Assembly (NCBI GenBank): GCA_002104905.1
Contig: MCFE01000500.1
Coordinates: forward strand, 1,999-65,998
Length of the DNA: 64,000 nucleotides
Direction: 5' to 3'
Source: Basidiobolus meristosporus CBS 931.73
Taxonomy: Eukaryota; Fungi; Basidiobolomycota
Positions within the stretch are counted from its first letter, which is position 1; the number at the start of each line of letters is the position of its first letter. Of this stretch, positions 24,887 through 38,193 are shown piece after piece. Made by a program: the position numbers and the translations under genes. A model generated the notes under the pieces. The model had not been told where the DNA came from. It worked only from the letters and a program-made list of their open reading frames with translations, and ran no database searches.

Positions 24887-26240
24887 ATTGAGATATGGTA
24901 ATACTTTCAACTTGACTTGTCCTCCAATCTCCTTGCACATCTGCTATATAGGAAATCCCCAAGTGAAGCATGGTGCAACATTCTTCATGTATCAAGCAAT
25001 CTGGGGCAGAGTACAGATGCAGTAGCAGCAGAGATCTAAACATTAAGATTTATGCTTGTAGCAGAGCTGCACAAATCCTGCTATCAACTCCTTGCATGAA
25101 AAATGCAGATATGATAAATGGGTATTAGTGATTAGTTCCTGGATAAATATTCCTAAAATGTCAACATATGCCTCTCACTGCTTGCAATGTATTCTAGGCT
25201 GAAATTACTTCAGAATGCAATTTGAGTACACACATGTCCAGTTCATGAAGTCTTTGTATTTATGTTGCTGCATATGGGTATGAGTATTAAATAGAACGTG
25301 ATGTGAATACATTGTGTGGCAAGTGCTCTGTAGTATATCTATAGCTCTTCCAATGTTTTAAGGTGTCTCAGGTTACTCATTTAACTTGAGATGCCCTGTG
25401 TACAACTTGGTCCCTGGTGTAGGGATAATGCTAAAGAGTAAAAGCAATACTCCAAGTGGAAAGCTTTTGCTCCAAAAGATTCCCTCTATCTGTAGTGTAT
25501 CTGGTTTATGATTAGTTCCATATAGTGACTGATGGCTTATAACATGCCACCCTTGTTGCAATTGTCTACAGACTTCTTTGCAATCTTTCTGTGAGAAGAT
25601 GCTTTTTGTGATATTGGTGTTTAGACAACATTAATGTGTGTAAGTTATGGAGAAAATCCCCTGGATCTCACTCACTTCAGAGCAATACCAGCCAAGAAGC
25701 CCAGAATAGCCAGCCATCTTGCTGTTGGCCAGGGTACATCTAATGCCAATAATAATATGCACATGGAAATTACAGTTATTTACTAGTATCCTGCTGGATA
25801 CCATACAAAGTGTCTGCAGCAACAGATACAAGTAGCTATCCTGCTTGGCTCATGAATTGGGCTCAGATATACAACCATTGGATTTCTGCTCTGATATTAA
25901 AACATTGCTGTCATATTCAATCAGATGAGAAACAATAGCCAGCAGTGTTAACCAGCAAGGTACTTGTTTACTAAGACTTCATCAAGTGCCAAGGCTAACA
26001 TATGATCATACCTTCAAGGTAGCCCTTGATTATTGGCTGAGCTTATCCTCCTACTTGTCAATGAGTTATAGCTCTGCAAGATATCATGGAATCCTTGCTT
26101 CACATTCATACACTAAGCAATATATTAATTGTTGGGTACTGTTATGCACTCTGACACTGCAGGCAGACAATGCTGGTCAATACACTTATCCTATCTACTT
26201 ACAGCTACACTTGCATACTTGGTCAGCATTTTTTTAAAAA
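24887..26240 (-). pseudogene. Highly degenerate EnSpm transposase fragment (copy E)
   Basis: Colinear with 14070-15240 (GIFWSKSFPLG remnant in ORF 25373-25561), with many stops. Confidence 0.7.
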
Positions 26241-26935
26241 ATCCATTAAATTGTTCTGTGACTCCATTAGTTCTCAGGTGATATGCAAAAGCTATTCAAT
26301 GTTTGAGCTGCTGCATTTCCCAATAGGCTTCAGATGGTTTGCCATAAAGCTTGCTCCTCTATCAGACAAGATTTGTGCTGGGCATCTAAACTTCATAAGG
26401 ATCTCATGGTAGACGAAACTTGCAACTTGTTGTACACTGACTACAGTTACTGCTTTAGCCACTGATCATTTGGTGGCATGGTCAATTGCCACTAGGAACC
26501 AACAGTTGCATTTCCTGGTGGTTGGCAGTTTCAATAAAGTCAATTTCCATCTCTCAAATGGTTTCCCAGGCTTTAAGGGAAATAGTTCAGCAATACTCTG
26601 TGGTTGGCCTTGGTTGACTTGGCAATCTGGTCATGTTTTCACTAGCTTCTCAATGACTTGTTTCATTCTAGGCCATTATGCTCTGGCATTCACAAGGCTA
26701 TAGGTTCCTTCAATTCCAAGATGTTCATATCAATTATATAGCATATGTATTAAATCCAGGCAAGCAACATAAGGGAAATAGGCAATAGGTCATCCATCAC
26801 CAACTAGGTAGAGTATTTGATCATTTACTACAGATTTGCTACCTTCATGCCAAATAATCTTCTTGATATAGCTTGCTTGATCTCAGCCTCTTCAGGACCT
26901 TTCAATGTGCACCAAGTGGTCCTCTTCTGTGCTGC
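26240..26935 (-). pseudogene. Gypsy integrase core remnant
   Basis: Reverse strand reads ..VASFVYHEILMKFRCPAQILSDRGASFM.., homologous to 48900-48985 (+). Confidence 0.7.
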
Positions 26936-27089
26936 TATATAGTAAAATGTCATCTAGCTAGATTACAACAACCTTTTCTAAGTACTCCTTGAATATGGTA
27001 TGCATTAAGGTCAGGAATGTTGCGGGGGCATTGGTGAAGGCAATACTCAAGACTAAGTACTTGCAAGGTCCATATCTGGTCCTGAGCAC

Positions 27090-28865
27090 CAGTGCCTTTT
27101 GTGTAAAAGAAGGATGGAACACTTAAGATGTGCATTGACTACAGAGCCCTTAACTCCATCACTGTGAAGTGTAATTGCCCCATATCCTGGATTGATCAGC
27201 TTTTGGAATAATTCAATGGAGACACTGTATTCATCAATATTGATATCATGTCAGGATACAACCTTATCAGGGTCAAAATAGAAGATATCCCTAAGACAGA
27301 ATTCAGGATCAGATATGGATACTATGGGCACTTAGTTGTGTGTTTTGGCCTCACCAATGCCCTGTGCCATTCCTTGCCTTAATGCAAATCATCTTCCAGG
27401 ATTAATTAGACAAGTTTGTGGTAATCAGCCTCGATGACATATTGTTGTACAGCAAGTCAGAGGTGGACCCCTTGGTACACATTGAAAAGGTTTTGAAGAA
27501 GCTAGCACCTTAATGTATGCTATAGCCTGTGCAACTGCATTTCAGACACTTAAGAATAGACTTGTTCCGTTGGATAGTGCCACATTGAGCCATGAGTGCC
27601 AAATGATGCCATAGTGTGCCAAGGAGGCTAAGTGAGCCTATATTTGGCCACAGAGTGTGAAACATAGCTCTGCATTGGCATGCAAAGCAGTCCTTATGTT
27701 TCACTCATTGTGCTTGAGAAAATCTATTTTTTGACCTTTTTTTTTGGATCAATATTTTGCAGGATGTGTAAGAGCAGAAAACAATTGAACACATGCATCT
27801 GGTACTCAATGCCCATGGCACTTTGAATCTAGCTCTGGTGGCTTGTATCATGTCACAAAAATGCATGGCACTATCTTGGTCCACTGGTGCAATCAGGCAC
27901 TATATTTAAATATTAGCCCTAAAGTAAGACCTATATAAAGCACCTATCGTGCCAGATATTACCAGTAGACCAAGATAGTGCCATGCATTTTTGTGACATG
28001 ATACAAGCCACAAGAGCTAGATTCAAAGTGCCATGTGTATTGAGTATCAAAGGCTTGTCTTCAGTCCTTCTGTTCTCTCACACATTCTGAACAATGTTGA
28101 TCCAAAAAAAAAGTGAAAAATTGGATTTTCTCCAGTACAATGGGTGAAACACAGGGGCTGCTTTTCATGAAGATGCAGAGCTATGTTTCACACTCTGTGG
28201 CCAAATATAGGCTCACTTGGCCCCCTTGGGACAATATGGCACCTTTTGGCACTTGTGGCTCAATGTGGCACTATCCAACAAAACAAGTCTAATGAACTTA
28301 GCACGCTGCCAAGCTTAAGATTACATGAATTCAGAAAAGAATTCACTCTCTGCACAGATGCTTCAGATTATGAAATTGGCAGAGTACTGATCCAAGAACA
28401 CAAGGGAAAGGAATACCCAGTTGCTTTTGAATCCAAGAAGCTGAACTCAGCAGAACAAAACTATCCAGTGCATGAAAAGCAGATGCTGCAATAATACATT
28501 GTCTAAAACATGGAGATACTACATTAAGGGAGTCAGCTGCACGGCAAAGATGATTCACTTAGGTCTATTTTAGCTCAGGAGGTACTATCCAGAAGAGTTA
28601 CAGGATCAAATGAAAATATTTCGCAATTTTGCCTGGAGATTTTCTACTGCCCTGAGAAAAAAAACATGGTTGCTGATGCCTTATTGACACTAGAGCAAGT
28701 TGCACAGCGCAACTGATGCATTAATCAGATTAGCCTAGCCTATTAACAAGTGTTTGGAGGACTAAGCCATTCCTATTGGGGTGGATGAAGATATTGAGCA
28801 GATTATCTGAGATGATGCTAGCAAACTTGTAGTACAGGATGAAACTCTCTACCAAGTTGTTGATG
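27090..28865 (+). pseudogene. Old Gypsy pol remnant (RT, RNase H, start of integrase); continues at 45533-45712 after nested insertions
   Basis: [18 protein letters not shown]-like sequence near 27100 and FTLCTDASDYEIGRVLIQEHKGKEYPVAFESKKL at 28340-28450. Homologous to 47230-48700. Confidence 0.8.
27558..28290. mobile_element. Fold-back MITE 3 (733 bp), TSD AAT, inserted in Gypsy pol
   Basis: Flanked by aat/aat. Removing it restores cacttaagaatgaacttagc, matching the uninterrupted ctcaacaatgaacttgct near 47940. Confidence 0.95.
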
Positions 28866-31445
28866 TGTTATGACCTACCACTTGAGTGTTTAAGTTTGAT
28901 CAATTTTTGTCAAATCAATTAGATATATGTCTAGCCTATCAGTATATCAGTGATACCTATCAAATCAGTAGCATTAGTCAGCAAATGAATCAGTATATCC
29001 TTATCCAACAGGTATAGATATATCAAGTAGGAGTTTATTGGGTGATGATGATGTAACCAAATGAATCATCTGCCAGAACATCCATTAGGGAATATAGTTA
29101 GTTAGTAATTGACCTGGCAAAATGTACACAGGGAGCAGCTGGAACCTCAATAAAAATTGGTTCAAGTTTTATTGAATACAGTACTAGCTAAACTCCCTAT
29201 TCCTCTACAACTCAAAAGACTTGTAACATTGGTAGCAGCAATAACCAGAAACCTCCCTCCTGGAGAAATAAGAAGCCTCCCTCAATATGTCCAAAAATCA
29301 AGAATAGAAGAATGCTATGCAACAAATCCTGGCCTAGCAGCAACTGTTACTTCAGATCCTTAGCCAGCAGCAACAAGGAATGACTACCATGGCTCAAAGC
29401 CTGCAAAACCCTGTCAAGAGCAACTTTAGTGTTAAGGTCAACCGGTGCCATGGTAGAGGCTGTGAAAACCTGGGAACTTGGCTCTTCCAGATTGAAGAAG
29501 CTTCCAAGACTAAGGGAATTGCTCCAGAAAGTAAGTTACATTATGCAGCCTCTGACCTGGCATATGCAGCTCTACAGTGGTACCACAGCAAGATCAGGTC
29601 AGCTACCATGATGGATGCTCTACAATCTCTACCTGGGATGAGTTTGTGTTGGAAACTCAGGATGCCTTTGAGCCCCCACACTACAATCTTTGCCTGGGAT
29701 GAGTTTGTGTTGGAAATTTAGGATGCTTTTGGACCTCCACACCAGCAGACACTATTAAGAAGAAAGTTGAAGACACTCAGACAGAAAGGAATGGCCCAAG
29801 AGTATATCTAAGAATATAGATGTCTACTTGTACAAATTGAAAGAATGGACCCCCTGGATCAAGTGGAACACTTTATCAATGGGTTAAACAAAAGAACTTG
29901 CAAGGAAGTGAATTATCAAAGACCCCAGACTACTGAAGAAGCCATCAATATTGCCATTGACTATGACTCAGCTATGTTTGGAGTTGGGAAGCCTACAATG
30001 ATCAATCAGTGAGACTACAATCACTATAAAAGAAGACAATCAGAAGCAGTGCCAATGGAAATAGACACTATGCAGAAGAATCCTACCTCAGAAGAATGTA
30101 AGAAGAAAGGACTTTGCTTCAGTTTGCACCAGCAGGGACATATTGCAAAATACTGCCCTCAGAGAAGAAACAGACACCAGCCATCAAGAACCTTCAACCA
30201 TATTGAAGCCCATGAGCAAAGTAAACTGGGGAATGAACTTGAAGAAGACTTAGAATTCACCTTCCATATGACAAAAGAATACCTATCCCAGATGACCTCA
30301 AACTCAGGAAAGCTATTATATTTGAATGGAGTAATCAATGGAGCACCAGCCAAAATCATGATGGACTCAGGAGCATTGAGTGAGTACTTGTCAGAGGAAT
30401 TTGCTTTGAAAGCGGGAATCAACATGGAACCCACCAAGTCAGCTTCAGTCTAAACAGCTGATGGGAACTTTCATATATTCAACTGTATTACTCATCCAGT
30501 AAGGATGATGATTACTGGCTATGAGGCCATGGAGCATAGTTATATTGAGGATGAACTTGAAGAAGACTTAGAACTCACCTTCCATATGACAGAAGAATAC
30601 CTATCCCAGATGACCTCAAACTCAGCAAAGCTATTATACATGGATGGAGTAATCAATGGAGTACCTGCCAAGGCCATGATTGACTCAGGAGCATTGCATG
30701 AGTACATGTCAGAGCAACTTGCTTTGAAAGCTGGAATCAACTCCCTATGAAAAATAATTTGGTCCTGCGGGTGGATTCAATCCTGATCATCTGTCAAGAA
30801 CCTGTTTAGAGACGATCATAATAACAGCAGCTTGGAATTAGTGACCCTCCTCACAATTGTACTCTAAGTATAATGGAGTCACATAATGGTTTAATGGATA
30901 ATTTGGAAAAATGCTTACCATGTATGCAAATGGAGCTGTCAGTACATGGGATGAGTACATAGACCAATCACTCTTTGCATGCAGAGTAAGAGTGCACAAC
31001 ACCACCCAACAATTGCCATTTTACTTAGTGTATGTATGTGAACCAAGGATTACAGGAGATCTCACACAACCAAAGCTTACAGATGCCTTAGAATATGAAC
31101 TCAGTCAGCCAAGCAGACATCAGCAGCTGGTACAAAGACGTCAATAAGCACAGGACAAAGTATCCCAAAGTGCAGAGAAGATGAAGTAGAGATTTGATAA
31201 GACTATATCACCAGAATTTTTGACAGTTGGGAACTTTGTATTGCTGACAAACAATACTTGCAAGAAGTTTGAGCCACAATGGACGGAACCTTTTAAGATC
31301 ATGAGAGAATGTCCCTTTGCCACTTACCAACTAGTGGACAAACAAGGGAATATCCAGGAAGACTTAGTGCTTAGGGACAGACTCAAGCTTGTGTTACAAG
31401 TCCTGGTATAAGAGTTGTAGAGGAATAGGGAGTTTAGCTAGTATT

Positions 31446-32179
31446 AGACTTGTTCCGTTGGATAGTGCCACATTGAGCCATGAGTGCCAAATGATGCCAT
31501 AGTGTGCCAGTGAGGCCAATTGAGCCTCTATCTGGCCACAGGGTGTGAAACATAGCTCCGCATCTTCATGCAAAGGAGCCCCTATGTTTCACCCATTGTG
31601 TTGGAGAAAATCCATTTTCTGACCTTTTTTTTTGGATCAATGTTGTGCAGGATATGTTAGAGCACAAGCAGATTGAAGATATGCATCTGGTACTCAATAC
31701 CCATGGCACTCTGAATCTAGCTCCTGTAGCTTGTATCATGACACAAAAATGAATGGCACTATCTTGGTCCACTGGTACTATCTGGCACTATAGGTGCTTT
31801 GTATAGATCTTATTTTAGGGCTAATATTTAAATATAGTGCCAGAGAGTACCAGTGGACCAAGATAGTGCCATTCATTTTTGTGTCATGATACAAGCTACG
31901 GGAGCTAGATTCAGAGTGCCATGGGTATTGAGTACCAGATGCATATCTTCAGCTCTCCTGTGCTCTCACACATCCTGAGCTACATTGATCCACAAAAAAA
32001 GGTCAAAAAATGGATTTTCTCCAACACAATGGGTGAAACACAGGGGCTGCTTTGCATGAAGATGCAGAGCTATGTTTCACACCCTGTGGCCAGGTAGAGG
32101 CTCAATTGGCCTCTCTGGCGCACTATGGCATCATTTGGCACTCATGGCTCAATGTGGCACTATCCAACGGAACAAGTCT
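31446..32179. mobile_element. Fold-back MITE 4 (734 bp), TSD ATT, loop inverted relative to MITEs 1-3
   Basis: Flanked by att/att. The empty site gtttagctagtattgtatt is present in the partner LTR near 44742-44760. Confidence 0.95.
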
Positions 32180-32789
32180 ATTGTATTTACTAAAACTTAA
32201 ACTGCTCTTTATTGCAAATATAGCAGCTCCTTATATACATTTTGCCTGATCAATTGCTGACTAATTGTATCTTCTAATGTAGGCTGTGGCTGATGACTCA
32301 TTTGATTGCATCATCATCACCCAATAAGATCCTACCTAATATATTTATTTCTGTCCAATAAGGATCTGCCAATTCATTTGCTGATTAATGCTACTGATTT
32401 GATAGATAATGCTGATATACTGATAACCTAAACATATAACTAATTGATTTGGCTAAAAACTGATCTAACTTAAACATTCAAGCGGCCGATCATAACATTC
32501 TCCCCTGCTAAAGTTGAGAGTGTTCTCTGGAATCTCTTTTCTTGTGATGCCAATATCTTGATGGTTCAGTATTATCAGCCAGTCTTGCAAGCTTGAGTCT
32601 TCTTCATAGCCAGTAATCTTCATCCGTACTGGCTGAGTAATACGGTTGATTATATGAGAGTTCCCATCAGCTGTGGAGACTGAAGTTGATTTGATGGGTT
32701 TGGGGTTGCCTACAAAAAATTATTGAGATGATCCCATCAAAAGGCCATCACAAAGTTAATGTCCCGTGACTGAGAGGTACTAATCTTGT

Positions 32790-34652
32790 CAGGACACCAT
32801 CCTGAGACCATTGAAAAATAATTGCACCCCAGATTTTACAAAATAAATCCTTGCAATATTCCAGTGCGTTTTCTTGAGCACTGCTCTTGAAGAAGTGCTG
32901 CAACCTCTTGGTATGCCTATTAATGTTCCAAAACTTCACTGAAGGCATTTTGATAGTCTTTTGAGCTCTTGATGTTGGATCCTTATCTGTCAGAGGAATC
33001 TCCACTCTGTCGAAATTGGAGGCTGTGGAGGCTGTGGTAGACAAATTGCCTTTTTCAGCAAACTCATCTACCTAGCTAGAGTGTGACTCAACTGGCTGCG
33101 TTTCCAACTCTTGTGAAAATGGCTGTTTTCTTGATGGTAATTCTTCTTGGCTATGATGGGATTCAGTCTGTTCCTGGCTTGAGGCATTAATTGGCAAGAG
33201 CTGCAGTTTTTTTTGCATGCCTCCCTCTCTCAGGCTTGGGTAGACACTTTTCCCTTTACCTTTTCCTTTTTCACTGCTAGACCTTTCACTGCTACTTTGT
33301 CTGAGTGCTTCTTGTAAAGAACTATGTTTTCTCCTGGATAAATTCTGCTCTGACGCATCAGTTTTAGCCTGCTTGTCCCTTGCTGGCACTCTTATAGCAA
33401 CCTGACATTTCCTTTCAGCTTGTTTTGAGCTCTTGACTGTAGTTGTGACAGGCTCCTGTAAAAGCAGCTTGATTTTATCACTGCAAGGTCCTTCACTGCT
33501 ACTTTGACTGGGTGCTTCTTGAGTAGTACTGTGCTTCTTGAGTAGTACTGTGCTTCTTCCTTGATAAATGTTGTGCTGGTGTATCCATGTCTGCCTGCTT
33601 GTCCTTAATTGGCAATCTTCCAGCTGCCTGATGTCTCTTTGACACTTGTCTGCAGCTTTTGGCCCTGCTTGTAATGGGCTCCTGAGGAAGCTGCTGGTTT
33701 TTAGCCATGGCACCCTTGTTCTTCTGCCTTTGATGGTTTCTGCTATTCTTAAGATACTTTCTTAGCATACCAATGCTGGCCCAAAATCTGTTTGCCTGTT
33801 TGAATCTTGGATAATGCTCATGGAACAAGTCAAGTGCATTCTGCTTTGCCTTGAGTTCCTGATGGTTGCATGGTATGCCAGCTTTAAGGTGATGGTGTGC
33901 CAGACTTCTGACAGCCTCTTGTATATTAGCCCACCCTTCATTATTGCACTCATGACTTCTTGGATCTTTAATATCTTTTGATTTTTAGGCTTTGGTATAA
34001 ACACCACATTGTCTCCCTCCCATGCTGTGATAGGTTTTTCTTTAGACTTTACCTTTGGGCACTGTTGTTGTGCTTCAAAGACTGTACAGTGTTCCTCTGC
34101 TCTTACATCAAGAAATGACTCAATTCTTGGCTGTGACATTGAGCTACTTGAGTTCCTTCTTTGCAGCAAAGATACTGCTTTCTCTACCTGTGACATTGAT
34201 TGCTCTACACATATTATCCGCTCATCCTGTTTCTGGAATACTTCCTGATTTCTCTGGGCCATTGCATTTATCCTATCAGCCACTGCACCTAATTGCTTCA
34301 TTAATGCTTTGGTATGAGCTGGCAACATACTTGCTAATATGGGTGGTGGTGATGTTATTGTGGCCACTTGCTGATCTTCAACAGAGGGTACTGCGTTTGC
34401 TACATTCTCATCTGCCTGAGCATAACAAATTTGTGGCTGTGCAGAGGTTCTCAATTGACTACTTGACTGAGAGCCTGAGGAGTCTGCATTATTACCTTCA
34501 ATGGGCACACTGTCCACAGGGCCTTTTTTGGATGTAGCCCTGCATGTTGCACTCAATATCAAAGCAAGCTGTTGTCCAACTGTTCTTCTGTTGCTGCCAG
34601 CAGTGGGGTTTAGTTGAGAGCCAGACAACTTTGCTTTATTTTTTGGCAGCAT
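32790..34652 (-). pseudogene. EnSpm accessory gene (unknown function), frameshifted
   Basis: ORF pieces at 33762-34652, 33499-33828, 33072-33713 and 32748-33044. Coiled-coil LMKQLGAVADRINAMAQRNQEVFQKQDER and motif FHEHYPRFKQANRFWASIGMLRKYLKNSR, conserved in copies A, B, D and G. Confidence 0.7.
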
Positions 34653-37600
34653 ACATATGGAAGTGAGTCAAACAATAGGGGAAATAGTGTTACATATACA
34701 TGTGTATGTGGGACCACAACTTTATTTATATGCTTACTATGGCAGGTCATCATTGAGTCTTACATTCATGTAGGTGCAATATCTCAGATACAAGACTGTC
34801 TTAAGTTCACATGAGTATTGACCAAAAAGTGATATAATAGCGTTAGGTTGTTGAAGGTCAAACTGTATGCCCCATGGACAAGACTACTTTGACTCAACGC
34901 TGTAAGAGAAGAGAAAAAAGACCATGTGGCTATTGTGGCAAGCCTCTCAGCCATGAAGCATGCAGACAGCATAGGAAGTGTTACAAGGATCACAGACAGT
35001 GTTTTGCCACCCAAGTTATATCTGACCATTCATTGGCCACTACGGTACCAACATTATCTTGCCGGCCAGTTGATACTTTTATATTTGCGCCTGGCCATCT
35101 TTGTCACCTTGCCCAATTGAGTCAGGTGAGTTTGTGATGCCCTTAAGCTCACCTCAGCCTTCTGAATATGGCACAAAGAGTGATAGCTCTGACAAAGAAG
35201 GTTCACTGATGGATTTTGAGACTATCTCCCCTAACAACAGTACCACATATGAGCCTGGTCAAATCCCTATATGCAATAAGACAACTCCCATTGAAACAAC
35301 TGACAAGATACTTTATGGAGCCAAGTGAGCCCAGTAATCCATCTACTGGTGAAGGATGTAATGTTGTGGCTAGAGAAGTGGCACATTTCCACTAATATCA
35401 GTAATGGGGGCTTTGAGGATTTATTACTACTTCTTGCCAAAATCATACTGGGATGCAACTTACCATGTACATGGTACAAGTGGACAACCATTATGCGGCT
35501 GGCAATATATGATCCAGAGACTGTCCTGATTCCAGCATGTGTTAACAGTTGTGCAGCATTCACATCCAAAAATGTTACCATTGCAACGTGTCCAAACTGT
35601 CAGGAATCCACCACCATTGAGGGAAAACATTGTTCACACTCCAGATATATTCCAGTCATACCCCATCTGAGGAAGCTGATACAGTCCAATAAATATTGCA
35701 AAGCTATACAGTACCGTACTCAGTATCAATCAAGCGCAAACATATCCAATATATTTGATGGCAAACTTTACAAACAGCTAAGAAGCAAGGGCTACTTTGA
35801 AGGTATGTATGACCATGCCTTTGCTTTAGCACTTGATGGATTCTCATTAAACAAGTACTCTACCAGCAAATTCTGCTGGCCACTGACTCTCATCAATCTG
35901 AATCTGCTGCCCATCTTACGGTACCAGAGCAATAATTTGATGGTAGTCTCACTGGTATCTGGGCCTAAATCACCATCCAACCTGGATAGCTACCTGTATC
36001 CATTGCTGAATGAATTTTGTATGCTTTCCAGCAGGATAATGGTAAAAGGCCATCCTGCAAAAGCGCATATTATTATCTGCATTGGAGATACCCCAGCCAT
36101 CAGCAAGATAGCAGGTTTTTCTGGGCACAATGGACAGTATTGCTGTCAAATGTGTGAGATCCAGGGGATTTACTCCATAACTCACACACATTATTATTAC
36201 CCAAACACCAGCACTAAGAACATCATCTTTCCACAAAGAAAACATACAGAAGTAAGCATGCAATTGCAGCAAAGTTGGCAAGCTATAAGCCATTGGCCGG
36301 AATATGGAATCAATCAGAAACCGGAGATACTTAAGATAGAGGGTATCTGTTGGGGCAAAAGCTTTCCACTGGGAGCAATGCATTTGCTTTTCAACAATAT
36401 CCCTATACTGATGACCATGTTGTACATGGGGCATTTCAAGCTAAATGAGCCCTTCAAGATACCAGAGAAGCTTGAAACAATTGGCAAGATTTTACAGAGT
36501 ATCTGCTACCCTAAGTACTTCTCAAGGGCTCCAATTAATAATCATACTCATATGCAACAATACAAATGCAAAGACTGGATGAACCGGATATGTATTTATT
36601 CAAGTGGTGTTCTGAAGCCATTCCTACCAAGAGTACATTGGAAGCATTGGGAGTCATATGTGGACATTGTAGGAATATTTATCCGGAAGTGGCTCATCAG
36701 CCAACTTGACGCATCTACAGATGTTGTGTGAGGAGTTTGTGACGGGATTTGAGTGGCTATACTACAAACATAAAGCTGAACACATAGATCTCTGCCGCTA
36801 CTGTATCCATTCTCTACTCCATCTTGCACGGTGTGGTGGTGTATAAATCCAAAGGGCAAAATATGGCCAACACTTCTCAGTGTGAATGTGTGTGGGGTGT
36901 TCACTGGGTGCAATAACCTCTGGCAAAAGCTTGCTAGGAATACCAGGTCTTTTGTCTAGTCTAATTTGAAGGGGGATAAAGCCTCAAGCTTGTCAAGGGA
37001 AAACTATTGAACTACAATCCATAACTTAGCTGGCATCTTAACAAAAGTTTATAATGGCTTTGATGTCCTTTGAGACGACAATGTACTAAAGCTTCCAAAG
37101 TCAAAACAACTGTAAACTCCACCAACAGGGACTTGATAAGAATGCAGCTTAGACCAATAGTTACAAAGACAGAAGAGTATCTTTGCCTGTACAAGAACAA
37201 ATATGGGAAAACAATCAAATATAATAAAATATACCTACTCTGAGTATTCCTCACAAGTAGTGCCTCCAAGTACAGTTGGCTGTCAGCGCGGTTTCCTGGG
37301 AGTATTGTTGGGTCTGAGTCAGAAAATAGTGGTAATAGGCAGTGGTGATCTCACTAATCAATAAGCCAGAATATTGGAAGAGGGATGACTTATCTTAAGG
37401 GATAGCCTCCCTTATATACTTTTTTGCTGCTCAAGTTCTTGCTAGAAAATAGACTTGCTCCATTGTACCGTGCCAGGGTGTGCGGCGCAATCTGCGGTTG
37501 TAAAGAACAATCAGGCGCAATATTATAGCTACCAGAAGGAAGGATTGTTCTTGGACAATTTTGCACTATGCGGGACAATCTTGCACACTATGGCACAATC

Positions 37601-38193
37601 TGACACGATGAGGTTGGCACGGATGATTGCGCCAACTTGTAATGTTTGCATCATGTGCGCAATTGGATACCGCTATTATGGCAGGTAAAATCTGGTATTT
37701 GGATATGTTTCTTTAATGTAAATGGAAATAAATGTGTATCACACTATAAACTACACTGATACTTACCATTTTGGTTACCCTCACTCCAATTGGACAGTAT
37801 CTCAGTGGTTAATTGGTCCAAAAGTATCCTGAAGCTGGCAGCCCCCAATTGGCTCATTGACTACTAAAGAAGCTACCTGTTTTGCCATCAAATATCCCAT
37901 TTTGCCAATTGAACAAGTAAATACCTGATCCTAGTGATTGGACAAGGTGTCATAGCCAGCACGCAAGCAATTGTGTAGGTGCAAAACAGATCCAATAGCT
38001 GCACTGGTATTACAGATGACATATATATATGCAGAGTGTTTATTTATAGGGGTTCTGTCTCAAATGTGAGACAACCTTGATATTACTTATATCAAAAATT
38101 TGATGATCACTGATTTGAGATGGCTTGATTTGGATCGCAAAAGAAATGGGTTGTCAGGATCATTACAAATTTGAGCGATTCAAAGCAATCGCA

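Noticed and set aside
29229-29240. Tf1-type self-priming via GCTGCTA in the LTR
   Set aside because: Only about 7 nt of complementarity, in some copies. TGGTAGCAGC/TGGTGGCAGC is adequately explained as a tRNA primer-binding site, plausibly tRNA-Leu.
33520-33560. 19-bp tandem duplication in the EnSpm accessory gene, and a ~61-bp duplication in gag at 29620-29745
   Set aside because: Single-copy slippage events in dead elements, absent from sibling copies.
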